19,375 nucleotides of DNA from Candidatus Iainarchaeum sp. GTDB lineage: Archaea > Iainarchaeota > Iainarchaeia > Iainarchaeales > DTGL01. The position numbers and the translations under genes are program-made. The stretch lies in contig JAWALG010000022.1 in NCBI GenBank assembly GCA_038886995.1, forward strand, positions 1-19,375, in the 5' to 3' direction. The number at the start of each line of letters is the position of its first letter. Positions within the stretch are counted from its first letter, which is position 1. Under the pieces are notes generated by a model. That model was not told the origin of the DNA, did no database searches, and saw only the letters and a program-made list of their open reading frames with translations. This document shows, one piece after another, positions 7,134-16,014 of the stretch.

Positions 7134-7934
7134 ATGAAAGTAATTGAGAAGCATTTCGGCAAGGTTTATCGCCAAATCTTGAACAAAATAGAAGAAAGGA
7201 ATGCGCTCGTGTTTTTGGTAATAGACCCGCCAAACCAGACGCCTGAAAAGGCCGGTTTACTAGCAAAAATAGCAGAAGAAGCAGGCGTTTCAGCAGTAAG
7301 CGTTGGCGGGTCAGTTGGGGCACAAGGAACATTGCTTGATGACACAATAAAAAGCATAAAGGAGAAGACGAGCATTCCAGTTATTCTGTTTCCAGGCAAT
7401 ATTGCAACGATATCCCCAAAAGCAGACGCAATATATTTTATGAGCATGTTGAACTCTTTGGATCCATATTATATAAGCGGTGCGCAGATTGCCTCAAGTT
7501 ATCCTGTGAAACAGGCCGGAATCGAGGTTATACCTACATCATACATACTTGTTGAGCCTGGTAGGGCCGCAGGCTGGATTGGTCGTGCAAAATTAATCCC
7601 AAGGGAATTGCCATATCTTGCGGCAGTCACTGCTCTTGCAGGCCAGTACATGGGCTCACATATTGCAATACTTGAAGCTGGCGGTGGTGCTTCTGAGCAT
7701 GTGCCAACAAACATGATTGCTGAAACTAGGGCGGTGGTGGATATCCCCATTGTAGTTGCAGGTGGTGTCAAAACCAGTGAGCAAGCAAAAAGCTGTGCAA
7801 AAGCAGGTGCAGATATCTTGCATGTAGGTGCAGCAATAGAAAAGCTTTCAAACGATTTGGAAAAGGCAAAGAAGCATCTCGCTTCAATGGTAAAATCAGC
7901 TGAAGAAGGAGCCAAGAGTAGAGATCAAAAGTAA
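7134..7934 (+). CDS. Geranylgeranylglyceryl phosphate synthase (GGGPS/PcrB family)
   Basis: LVIDP, VGGS, PVILFPGN, ADAIYFMSMLNS.DPYYISGAQ, YILVEPG, LEAGGGA, VAGGV. Confidence 0.93.
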   Translation: MKVIEKHFGKVYRQILNKIEERNALVFLVIDPPNQTPEKAGLLAKIAEEAGVSAVSVGGSVGAQGTLLDDTIKSIKEKTSIPVILFPGNIATISPKADAIYFMSMLNSLDPYYISGAQIASSYPVKQAGIEVIPTSYILVEPGRAAGWIGRAKLIPRELPYLAAVTALAGQYMGSHIAILEAGGGASEHVPTNMIAETRAVVDIPIVVAGGVKTSEQAKSCAKAGADILHVGAAIEKLSNDLEKAKKHLASMVKSAEEGAKSRDQK

Positions 7935-7935
7935 G

Positions 7936-8838
7936 TCACTCATCAATAATTTTTCCTGACTTCACCAAAGCCAAGATTCCCTTCTTTGAGTTCCATTTTG
8001 GCTTCCAACCAGCTCTCTTTATCTTCTCAATAGAATACTCTCTGTTTCTTACTAACCTTTCAATGTGCTGGGGCGTTATTATAGTTTTCCTGAAAGTGAT
8101 TATGTATAGGTAAGCAAGAATCTTACCTAACCAAACAGGAATTTTTTTAATTTTTCTTTTGAGACCTAAAGCGCCTTTTATCTCCAAGCAAAGTTCTTCT
8201 AGTGTTAGCGCTTTTTCTTCAGCAACAATATATTTCTCGTCAGCAGTTTTTTCATTTTCCAAGCAAAAGGCAATAGCATCGACAAGGTCATCTACATACA
8301 CTGTTTGCCATTTGTTTTTACCAGAACCTATCAGAGGAAAACCCTTCTTTATTATTCTGAATATCTTTTTCCAATATTCATTAGGCCCAAGGATGATTGC
8401 AGGCCTTATTATTGTAACATGGATAAGTTCCTGAAATTCTTCAACCTTTTGCTCTGCCAATACCTTTGATTTTTCATAATTAGTTTGTGGATGCAAGGGG
8501 CTTTCTTCATTTACTTTGCCTTTTTGTGCCCCATGCACACCAGCAGTGCTTATGAACAAAAACCTTTCAACCTTTTCCTCAGATGCTGCCTTTATTATAT
8601 TCTCTGTACCATCAACATTTACCTTATAGAGCATCGGAGAATTTTCATCAAGAATTGCTGCGCAGTGCACAATAGCATTACAACCCCTAACCGCTTTTTT
8701 ACAATCAGAATAATTCAAAAGGTCCATTCCTTTATCCAAATCAAATTCTTTCACTTCAAAGTTTCTCTTCTCGAGTTCGCGAACAAGGGCTTTTCCTAAA
8801 AAGCCACTGCTTCCTGTTACAAGCACTTTTTTTGCCAT
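7936..8838 (-). CDS. NAD-dependent epimerase/dehydratase (extended SDR family)
   Basis: VLVTGSSGFLG, VHCAA, VNVDGTEN, ISTAGV, YEKSK catalytic motif, IIRPAIILGP. Confidence 0.92.
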   Translation of the reverse strand: MAKKVLVTGSSGFLGKALVRELEKRNFEVKEFDLDKGMDLLNYSDCKKAVRGCNAIVHCAAILDENSPMLYKVNVDGTENIIKAASEEKVERFLFISTAGVHGAQKGKVNEESPLHPQTNYEKSKVLAEQKVEEFQELIHVTIIRPAIILGPNEYWKKIFRIIKKGFPLIGSGKNKWQTVYVDDLVDAIAFCLENEKTADEKYIVAEEKALTLEELCLEIKGALGLKRKIKKIPVWLGKILAYLYIITFRKTIITPQHIERLVRNREYSIEKIKRAGWKPKWNSKKGILALVKSGKIIDE

Positions 8839-8921
8839 ACATAAAGATAAAGTGGAAGCATTAATAATTATTGTGAATTTGCTTATATCGCCTTAAAAAG
8901 AATTTACACCAATAATATGTT

Positions 8922-9962
8922 ATGCAGGTGATTGACTGCTCTTTTGGCGAAGGCGGCGGCCAGATAATGAGGACAGCGCTTGCTTTAGCTGCTTTAACAG
9001 GAAAAGACCTACACCTTAAAAATATACGCGCAAAAAGGCCAAAGCCAGGACTTATGCCACAGCATTTAGCATCAGTAAAAGCTTTAGCTGCAATATGCGA
9101 CGCTGAAATAAAAGGTGCTTTCGCTGGAAGTATGGAACTCACTTTCAGGCCAAAAAGAATACACGATTCAAGCATATATGCAAACATAAGCACAGCAGGC
9201 AGCATAACACTGCTAATACAACAGCTTATGCCTGCAAGCTTAGCAGCAAAAGTGAAATTAAGAGCATCAGGCGGCACAGATGTTAATTTTGCTCCAAGCG
9301 CAAATTACCTCCAGAAAATAACAATTTGGTTTCTTAAAAAAATGGGTGCTAAACTTTCTTCAGAAATATTCTCAAGGGGCTATTTCCCAAAAGGAAATGG
9401 CTCTATGGCATATACTTCTGAGCCAAGTTTGCCACTAAAATCAATAGTCCTGACATCAAGAGGTAAGCTCGTTTCAATAGAGGCATTTGCGCATTGTGCT
9501 GGCATGCCCACAAAAGTTGCCCAAGATCTAATGCTTTACACAAAAAGGCGAATACAAGAGATGATGGGTGATTTTGATTTTGTTGAAAAAATTGAAACTA
9601 AGCCCGAAACAAAAGAAACGAAAGGTCTTGGAATAGACCTTTTCGCAAACTACCGAAACTGCCGAATTGGCGTAGGCCTTTCTTCCTTCAAAGATATTAG
9701 CCCTGAAGCAATAGCTAACAGAGCAGCAAAAGAGTTTATGTTCGAGATTAACTCGCTAGCACCTTTGGACTCACACATGATTGATCAAATAATACCTTTT
9801 ATGGCTCTTGCAAATGGTAAGAGCACTGTTTGCGGTTTACTAACAGAACATACGAAGACAAATATTGAAGTAACCGAAAAGTTGCTGCCAGTGAAATTTG
9901 AGATTGTGGAAAAAGGTGGTCTATCACAAATTTCAGTAGATGGTGTTTCTTTCACTCTTTAA
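8922..9962 (+). CDS. rtcA: RNA 3'-terminal phosphate cyclase
   Basis: GEGGGQIMRTALAL, NIRAKRPKPGL..QH, TAGSITL, GGTDV..AP, RGYFPKG.G, and catalytic His in LDSHMIDQ. Confidence 0.96.
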   Translation: MQVIDCSFGEGGGQIMRTALALAALTGKDLHLKNIRAKRPKPGLMPQHLASVKALAAICDAEIKGAFAGSMELTFRPKRIHDSSIYANISTAGSITLLIQQLMPASLAAKVKLRASGGTDVNFAPSANYLQKITIWFLKKMGAKLSSEIFSRGYFPKGNGSMAYTSEPSLPLKSIVLTSRGKLVSIEAFAHCAGMPTKVAQDLMLYTKRRIQEMMGDFDFVEKIETKPETKETKGLGIDLFANYRNCRIGVGLSSFKDISPEAIANRAAKEFMFEINSLAPLDSHMIDQIIPFMALANGKSTVCGLLTEHTKTNIEVTEKLLPVKFEIVEKGGLSQISVDGVSFTL

Positions 9963-10059
9963 TTTACCACAACTTTTTGTTAATAAGATGGCCCTTTCAT
10001 GAACTTTTGAAATTTTGCAATTTAACTATACAAAGAATGGATGCAACCTGCGATAAATT

Positions 10060-10067
10060 TTTATATA
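10060..10067 (+). promoter_or_regulatory. Putative TATA box (TTTATATA) upstream of the GH15-like gene
   Basis: Preceded by purine-containing CGATAAA (BRE-like); SD AGGTGA before the ATG at 10107. Confidence 0.5.
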
Positions 10068-10106
10068 CCGTATGTCATATATGTATAGACTTTTAAAGGT
10101 GATTAA

Positions 10107-12023
10107 ATGGTCCAACTATTTGTTCCTAGCAAAAAAGATTATAATTTAGAGCGCATAAAGCCACTTGAAGAAAAGCTAAATTATCTCAAGGCAAAGGTCG
10201 TTGAAGAAGAAGTACAAGACGAATCCGTATCCATGTTTATTTATCAACTTGAAAAGGAACTTGAAAAAGCAAAAATTGGAGATGAAAGTGCCCTGAAGAG
10301 AGCGTCACTTCTTGCTGACAATATAGAGCAGCGACTTCCAAAAAAAGAAGCAGTTGAACCAGCAGACACCTTAGAGGAACTCAGAAGCAAGATAAAAAAA
10401 CCACTTGTTGAAGAACCAAAGAGCATTCAGGAAGGACAACTAGAAGCACATCCTCCACAAAAGGAACCTACAGTCGAAAAGACCTTGTTTGAAGAGCAAG
10501 AGACGTTGGATTCCCAAGAAATTTTCCCTAAAGAAAAAGTTGCGGCTGCCTTTGAACCAATAATTGAGGAAAAGCCATCTCAGAAGTTGCAGGTTCAAAA
10601 GGAAACTCCATATGCTGCCACTAAGAGTGATGTTCCAAGCAGTGGTGGTGAAATTTTAAAAGAAGAGGGGGGTATTTTTGAAGAATTTGCATCTGAAAGT
10701 GAAGAGGTAACGCCACTAATACAGGCTGAAAAAGAAGTTCCCACTACTGAGCATTCTGTTGAACAGGAAGAGCCAATAGTCAAGCCGACTTGGCAAGAAA
10801 AAAAGCAGAAGAAAGAGAAGAAAAAAGCAAGTATTTCTATTGTCTCATTTGACAAAGAAAACGCTGAAGCGCTTTTCAAGAACTCCATTGAGCTTGTTAC
10901 AAAGGCACAACTTGAGAATGGTGGCATAACTTCTGGCTTAAATGCTGTTCTAAACTATATTTATCCCAGAGCGCACCTTCTCTCAACACTTGGCTTGGTC
11001 TACGCCGGAAAATTTGAAGAAGCAAAGAAAGCGCTTTCCTTTGCTATAAAAGGCCAGAATAGGCATACCGGCGCCTTGCCACAAAGATGGGATTATCATG
11101 GAAATGATGCAAGTTACCGTAAAGTTGAGCCGGACTGTACAGCACTGTTCCTGTACACTTTTGCAAAGTATGTCTCAAAGAGCTCTGACTATGAATTTGC
11201 TGAGCATAACTGGGAACGCATTGAGAAATCTGTTGACTTTATAAACTCAAAGATAATACCAGGTAAAAACCTCGTTCTTACACCATCTTCAATACACGAA
11301 TATGCCCCAATGGATTACGGCTACGAGATATGGTGTAATGCTGTTTGTTGTGCTGCTTTAAGGGAATTGAGCGCAATAGCTGATAGGATAAGGTTGCAAT
11401 ATCCGCCTTTGGATAAACAAAATCTTTTGCGCGAATCAATAATGTCATTCATGTGGAATAGTAGGCTTAACACATTCATAAAAACAATAAAAGTTGAGGA
11501 TGCAACGAGTGTTATCACAGGGCCAGATGCTTCAGTGCTCGCCTTATCATTCTTCAATGTTTTCCCCAGTAACGATGACCGGCTAAGAAGCACAATTGAA
11601 TTTACAGAGAAAAACCTAAAGTATGGTGCATTAGGTGGAATTATGGATTACCCACCAACTTATGGCCAAGAGAGCAGTGGCGTTGGCGCGAGCACACTTT
11701 TCACAATGCTGCTGGCTGACTATCACATATCACAAAACAATTTTGATGAAGCAAGGGACTATATGCAATGGATACTTAGTGTTTCATCTGACTGGAAATT
11801 GCCAAAGTACGTTTCTACAAAGGACGACTTTGAGGCATTGGTCTCTGATCTAAATGATGCTGGCCTTATTGATAGGGAAACACTTATGATGATTGAAGGA
11901 ACCAGAAAGCACCCAGATTATGCTAACAATATTGCACACATAGTTGAGCCATATTTGCCAGCCCACGGGGTCTTCCTTGTAACTTGGAGCCACTTCAAGG
12001 ATAAATTCAAAGATCAATTGTAA
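10107..12023 (+). CDS. GH15/glucoamylase-like (alpha/alpha)6-barrel protein with long coiled-coil plus acidic N-terminus; probably catalytically inactive
   Basis: The C-terminal about 385 aa follow the archaeal GH15 layout (QLENGGI, YIYPRA, GALPQRW, EPDCTALFLY, WERIEKSVDFI, PDASVLAL..F.VFP..DDRLRST), but key motifs are altered. The N-terminal about 245 aa are E/K/P-rich. Confidence 0.7.
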   Translation: MVQLFVPSKKDYNLERIKPLEEKLNYLKAKVVEEEVQDESVSMFIYQLEKELEKAKIGDESALKRASLLADNIEQRLPKKEAVEPADTLEELRSKIKKPLVEEPKSIQEGQLEAHPPQKEPTVEKTLFEEQETLDSQEIFPKEKVAAAFEPIIEEKPSQKLQVQKETPYAATKSDVPSSGGEILKEEGGIFEEFASESEEVTPLIQAEKEVPTTEHSVEQEEPIVKPTWQEKKQKKEKKKASISIVSFDKENAEALFKNSIELVTKAQLENGGITSGLNAVLNYIYPRAHLLSTLGLVYAGKFEEAKKALSFAIKGQNRHTGALPQRWDYHGNDASYRKVEPDCTALFLYTFAKYVSKSSDYEFAEHNWERIEKSVDFINSKIIPGKNLVLTPSSIHEYAPMDYGYEIWCNAVCCAALRELSAIADRIRLQYPPLDKQNLLRESIMSFMWNSRLNTFIKTIKVEDATSVITGPDASVLALSFFNVFPSNDDRLRSTIEFTEKNLKYGALGGIMDYPPTYGQESSGVGASTLFTMLLADYHISQNNFDEARDYMQWILSVSSDWKLPKYVSTKDDFEALVSDLNDAGLIDRETLMMIEGTRKHPDYANNIAHIVEPYLPAHGVFLVTWSHFKDKFKDQL

Positions 12024-12039
12024 ACGCATTAACTTTATT

Positions 12040-12651
12040 CTAATCTTTTAATACTTTTGATATCTCTTTTTTTACGCTTTCAAAGACCTCTTCAGTGCTT
12101 CTGTTTGCGTCTATTATTTTTATGTTTTCATCTGGTAGTAGATTTGGAATTTCAAGATAAGTTTCCCTAATTTCTTTGAGAAAATCTCTCTGCTCAAACT
12201 TTTCCTTTACCTTTCTTTCTAAACTCATCCTTGCTATTGCAGTATCAACATCAACATCAAGTATAAGCACTAAATCCGGAATAAGCATTCTTCTGTGTGC
12301 AGCAATTATTTTTTCTATAGGTATGCCTTGAGCATGTTGATAGCAAATTGTTGAATACTTATATCGGTCACATAATATAATTGAGTTCAGTCGCAGAGCA
12401 GGCCTTATAACTTTCTCTAAATGTTCCTTCCTGTCCTCAATATATAAACTTAGCATAAGTTTGGCTTTTTCAACAGGGTTAGTATCTGACTTCAGTATGC
12501 CCCTTATCTGTTTTCCAACACCAGAGTATGTTGGCTCTCTTGTAAGCAGTATGTTGTCAAATTCCATTGAAAATAGCCATTTTGCAGCAAGAGAAAGCAT
12601 TGTTCCTTTGCCACAACCATCTATTCCTTCAAAAACAATGAACTTCCCCAT
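12040..12651 (-). CDS. tmk: Thymidylate (dTMP) kinase
   Basis: FIVFEGIDGCGKGT P-loop, TREPT, CDRY..STICYQ, PDLVLILDV. Start placed at ATG 12651 (GGGGG SD-like motif upstream) rather than 12681. Confidence 0.96.
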   Translation of the reverse strand: MGKFIVFEGIDGCGKGTMLSLAAKWLFSMEFDNILLTREPTYSGVGKQIRGILKSDTNPVEKAKLMLSLYIEDRKEHLEKVIRPALRLNSIILCDRYKYSTICYQHAQGIPIEKIIAAHRRMLIPDLVLILDVDVDTAIARMSLERKVKEKFEQRDFLKEIRETYLEIPNLLPDENIKIIDANRSTEEVFESVKKEISKVLKD

Positions 12652-12723
12652 CAAACCCCCTAATATATATAACAAAAACAAATAAAAACAAATTTAGTGA
12701 ATTATCATTAGGTCCAAAAGATT

Positions 12724-12794
12724 GCGGCTGTGGTGTAGTGGCAGCACGAGAGCCTTCCAAGCTCTTAGCCCGGGTTCAAATCCCGGCAGCCGCA
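12724..12794 (+). tRNA. tRNA-Gly (anticodon TCC), no intron, CCA not encoded
   Basis: Acceptor GCGGCTG/CAGCCGC; D-stem GTGT/GCAC; anticodon arm AGAGC-CTTCCAA-GCTCT (TCC at 12756-12758); T-arm CCGGG-TTCAAAT-CCCGG; discriminator A (archaeal/eukaryotic type). Confidence 0.97.
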
Positions 12795-12819
12795 TTGTTT
12801 AGAACATTGTTATTAAATA

Positions 12820-13599
12820 TTAAAGCATATCAAGCTTGCTTGCAGGCGCTATAACCTCTATGCTTTCACCAACCGAAAACAAAAAGCCACGCAAGGCAAT
12901 TCCCACATTTAAGTTTTTTTCTTCTAAGAAACTCAAAAGCTCAAAAGCCCTTTCAGGTGGCACAGTCAGGGTATCTGCTTGTGTTTGAAGGCCCATTTTT
13001 ATTGCGATTGCCTCTAAAGTTTGCTTATATGCAGTTATGATTAGCGTATCTTTTTCTCCCTGTTCAAATAATCTTCTAAAAATTTCCTTCAACAAATCCC
13101 TGTTAAAGACCCTTTTATTTGGAAAGTCCATCTCCTTTAGTGTCTCAATCTGCTTCTTTAGTATCCCGCTCAGGTAAGTGAGTTGTTTTGACTGCTTATC
13201 CAAATCAACCCATATTTGTTCGATATCGCATATATAAAAACCAGCATTGTTTCTTGCAATATCGAGAAGTTCTTTTTCTATTTTGCTGCGCTCTATTAAA
13301 ACAGAAAGTTGTTTAACTGTTTCATTAGCATTTTTTTCTTTTACACTGTTATTAAGCTTTATAATAAGCTTGCTTTTCATCCTGCCGTACAAGTATGCGT
13401 TACCTTTGTCTGTAATATAAAGAGAACCATTTTTCCTAGTGATGTACCCAAGAGCGGATAGATACCTTACAATCCTGCTTAGTGCAGCCCTCGCAGAGTT
13501 TATGCTTGAATAATCGCTTAAAATGCTAGAGAGCACCTCAGTGTATTTAATGCCCTGCCTTTGTTTCAGAATTAACAATATCGCTTCTTTTGAAACCAT
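12820..13599 (-). CDS. Hypothetical protein with N-terminal winged helix-turn-helix
   Basis: 259-aa ORF; ILLILKQRQGIKYTEV...RAALSRIVRYLSALGYITRKNGSLYITDKG is a wHTH-like pattern, followed by a helical segment. Confidence 0.7.
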   Translation of the reverse strand: MVSKEAILLILKQRQGIKYTEVLSSILSDYSSINSARAALSRIVRYLSALGYITRKNGSLYITDKGNAYLYGRMKSKLIIKLNNSVKEKNANETVKQLSVLIERSKIEKELLDIARNNAGFYICDIEQIWVDLDKQSKQLTYLSGILKKQIETLKEMDFPNKRVFNRDLLKEIFRRLFEQGEKDTLIITAYKQTLEAIAIKMGLQTQADTLTVPPERAFELLSFLEEKNLNVGIALRGFLFSVGESIEVIAPASKLDML

Positions 13600-13646
13600 G
13601 TTAATAATTTAAGCAGATCAAGCTTTAAACTATTTTCATTTTTCAT

Positions 13647-13922
13647 CTAAACAAGCTGCGGCTTCTTTATCCTTTTACCTATGGTAAACACATGCTTTGC
13701 ACCGCAAACACTGCAGATTGCGCTGAATGTTGGCTTCTTGTTTAATTTCTTCTTGTGTGCAACCGCTTGATATTTGCCACCATAGCCAAGGTTATTCCTT
13801 TCGTGCTTTCTTGTGCCTTTTGCCATTTTTCTTGCTCTTCCGCCTTTGTATTCTTTTATATTGTGTTCAGTGTGCTTCTTGCACTTCTTGCAGTACCTGC
13901 TCATCTTTTTTGGGAACTCCAT
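13647..13922 (-). CDS. rpl44e: 50S ribosomal protein L44e (eL42)
   Basis: MEFPKKMSRYCKKCKKHTEH...GYGG...KK...CSVCG; start at ATG 13922 with GGTGA SD. Confidence 0.96.
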   Translation of the reverse strand: MEFPKKMSRYCKKCKKHTEHNIKEYKGGRARKMAKGTRKHERNNLGYGGKYQAVAHKKKLNKKPTFSAICSVCGAKHVFTIGKRIKKPQLV

Positions 13923-13981
13923 AAAATCACCGCATAACCAATAGTGATTGGCAAAAATTAAAAAGCTATTCACAAAATTGC

Positions 13982-14506
13982 TTATCTGCCAATTCCAGCC
14001 AAAAGCATTGCTTGCTTTTCAATGACAGCAAGCTCCAACTTTTTTGGACTAATCTTTCCTTTTACAACCTTTGCTGCGCCCCCATAGATTATTTTCGCTT
14101 TTGCAATATCGGGTTCGAATGAAAGTGGCGATTCCTTTAAGCCCACTTTTTTTAAGCATTTCAAAAAGCCCTCTTTTTCTGAACATGCAATTAGAAGATT
14201 TCTCTTCCCACAGTTAGCAATCTTAAGTGCCTCATCAATCTTTGATGTGCCATAAAGGTATAACAGAAACTCAATTTCAAGTTTTTTTGAAAGCCCATCC
14301 TTAGAGCGAAATGACTCAAAGGCCTTTTCAGCAGCGCTTACGACTTGCATTCTTCCAAGTATGCTCTCGGAAGGCACAATGACAGCAAATCTCTTGCCTT
14401 TTTTTGAGCAAGACAAACATTTATTAATTTTTGTCATCAAACTATTTAAATCAGAAGTTGTTTTTCCTAAAAACAAAAATATTTTTTTCCGCTTCATGTG
14501 AGTCAT
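13982..14506 (-). CDS. cgi121: KEOPS complex subunit Cgi121
   Basis: QVVSAAEKAFESF...LSKKLEIEFLLYLYGTSKIDEAL and C-terminal LELAVIEKQAML match the Cgi121 pattern. Start may be 14497. Confidence 0.85.
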   Translation of the reverse strand: MTHMKRKKIFLFLGKTTSDLNSLMTKINKCLSCSKKGKRFAVIVPSESILGRMQVVSAAEKAFESFRSKDGLSKKLEIEFLLYLYGTSKIDEALKIANCGKRNLLIACSEKEGFLKCLKKVGLKESPLSFEPDIAKAKIIYGGAAKVVKGKISPKKLELAVIEKQAMLLAGIGR

Positions 14507-14550
14507 ATAAGATTCTTATAAAAATGCTTTAATGTTTTAAGGTGATTCTT

Positions 14551-14955
14551 TTGGCTGAGTATATGCTAAAATCAAAAAGGAAGGTTAGCGGCGGCCTGAG
14601 GCATAGCATTGAACGCTGTGACAAGAAGCTCGCTTGGAAGGGCAATCCACCAACATTGACGAAGGTCGCTGAGAAAGAACAGAGGAAAAAAGTAAAAGGC
14701 AGAGGCAAAACACAAAAGGTCAAGCTTCAGAAAGCAAGGAGTGCTTCAATAACTGATAAGGGCAAGGTTTTCACTGCTGAGATAAAACAAGTAGTAAAGA
14801 ACGATGCAAATAGGCAATACACTAGGCAGAATGTCATTACCAAAGGCGCAGTAATTGAGGTTGAGCACGAAGGCAAAAAGCTAAGAGCAGTAGTTACGAA
14901 CAGGCCTGGGCAGCATGGTGTTGTTCAGGCAAAGCTCATTGAAGAACAAAAGTAA
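14551..14955 (+). CDS. rps8e: 30S ribosomal protein S8e (eS8)
   Basis: SKRKVSGG, KVKGRG, V.NDANRQYTRQNVITKGAVIE, AVVTNRPGQHGVVQA. Start placed at TTG 14551 after the GGTGA SD. Confidence 0.96.
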   Translation: MAEYMLKSKRKVSGGLRHSIERCDKKLAWKGNPPTLTKVAEKEQRKKVKGRGKTQKVKLQKARSASITDKGKVFTAEIKQVVKNDANRQYTRQNVITKGAVIEVEHEGKKLRAVVTNRPGQHGVVQAKLIEEQK

Positions 14956-15003
14956 GCAACACAGGCCACCTAATTTCTTGTTTGGAAAACATAACAGAAA
15001 AGC

Positions 15004-15011
15004 TTATAAAA
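15004..15011 (+). promoter_or_regulatory. Putative BRE/TATA (GAAAAGC-TTATAAAA) of the pilin gene
   Basis: Purine-rich BRE-like stretch directly before TTATAAAA; strong SD GAGGTGA at 15049-15055. Confidence 0.55.
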
Positions 15012-15059
15012 TACAAATTCTTATTATTTTGCACTAAAAAGCTTTTATGAGGTGATATA

Positions 15060-15482
15060 ATGAACTCAAAAGGTATAAGCCCTGTTATTGCGACAGTTCT
15101 TTTGGTGTTGGTTGCAGTGATGATAACAGTGGTTGTGGCGACTTTCCTAATGAGCTCAACACAGGAACAAAAGGCAAAAACAGAAGAAGAACTCAAAGGC
15201 ATAGGCAGCGCAAGCTTTGTAGTTAAGACATGCACCCGCTCAAACACAACAGTAACCCTTTTGCTAGACAATACTGGCAGCGTAGATCTGAACAATTTCA
15301 GTGTAAATTGTCTAGATTCTACTGGAGCTACAAAAGCAACAGCTACAATTTCTTTTGATGTTCTTTCACCAAAAGAAACAGACACAAAAACAGCAACTTG
15401 CACTGCTGACACTACGAGGGTTAGAGTAACATCAGTAGAATATCCAAAGGCAATGTCGGAGAGAGACTGCACAACAAGCTAA
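15060..15482 (+). CDS. Archaeal type IV pilin (class III signal peptide)
   Basis: MNSKG/ISPVIATVLLVLVAVMITVVV; beta-rich globular part with NTGSVDL and 4 Cys. Confidence 0.92.
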   Translation: MNSKGISPVIATVLLVLVAVMITVVVATFLMSSTQEQKAKTEEELKGIGSASFVVKTCTRSNTTVTLLLDNTGSVDLNNFSVNCLDSTGATKATATISFDVLSPKETDTKTATCTADTTRVRVTSVEYPKAMSERDCTTS

Positions 15483-15489
15483 ACACAAA

Positions 15490-15508
15490 TCTTTCTTTTT
15501 TCTTTTTT
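15490..15508 (+). terminator. Oligo-T archaeal terminator-like tract after the first pilin
   Basis: TCTTTCTTTTTTCTTTTTT beginning 8 nt after the stop codon. Confidence 0.5.
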
Positions 15509-15517
15509 GGTGTTTTT

Positions 15518-15982
15518 ATGCCTTTTAGTCTGAATATGGGGCGCACACAGAAAGGCATAAGCCCTGTAATTGCAACAGTGCTCCTAGTTCTTGTAACCGT
15601 TATATTAGCAGCAATGTACTTTGGTTGGCTTCACAGCTTTGCTGGAGAAAGCATAACTAAAGGCGAAGAAATAGGTAGAAAGAAGATAAACTGCAGCAAT
15701 GCAGGCATAACAATACTTTCTTGCAGTTATGATAAAGGCGGAACTGAAATAGTATCAGTTACAATAGAAAACACCGGCTCTGTGGACTTAAATGGCTTCA
15801 AGGTTATTGCGAAGTACACTGATAACACCTCTGATTCGAACAATAATAGCAACCTCTATCTTGATGCTGGCTCTACGGGTATTGTATACCTGACCGCAAA
15901 CTACGAGAAAACCGTTTCAGAGGTTAGAGTAATTCCATTACAATGTGATATCATTAGCGATACAACATCAGCATGTAGTTGA
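15518..15982 (+). CDS. Archaeal type IV pilin, paralog of the upstream pilin
   Basis: QKG/ISPVIATVLLVLVTVILAAM; ENTGSVDLNGF; 4 Cys. Start may be 15536. Confidence 0.92.
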   Translation: MPFSLNMGRTQKGISPVIATVLLVLVTVILAAMYFGWLHSFAGESITKGEEIGRKKINCSNAGITILSCSYDKGGTEIVSVTIENTGSVDLNGFKVIAKYTDNTSDSNNNSNLYLDAGSTGIVYLTANYEKTVSEVRVIPLQCDIISDTTSACS

Positions 15983-16014
15983 ATAACAAAAATCAAATAG
16001 GATGAGGCATCTTT

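Noticed and set aside
8922-9962. RtcA as part of an RNA-repair (RtcAB) operon
   Set aside because: No rtcB, archease or regulator nearby; standalone rtcA is ordinary in archaea.
12724-12820. tRNA-Gly as an integration site for a mobile element
   Set aside because: No integrase and no duplicated tRNA 3' end seen; flanks are core genes.
15060-15982. Pilins as archaellins, or their shared 5' sequence as a DNA repeat or shufflon
   Set aside because: The N-termini match the ISPVIA pilin type rather than the GIGTLIVFIA archaellin type; similarity is protein-level with synonymous changes and no recombinase is present.
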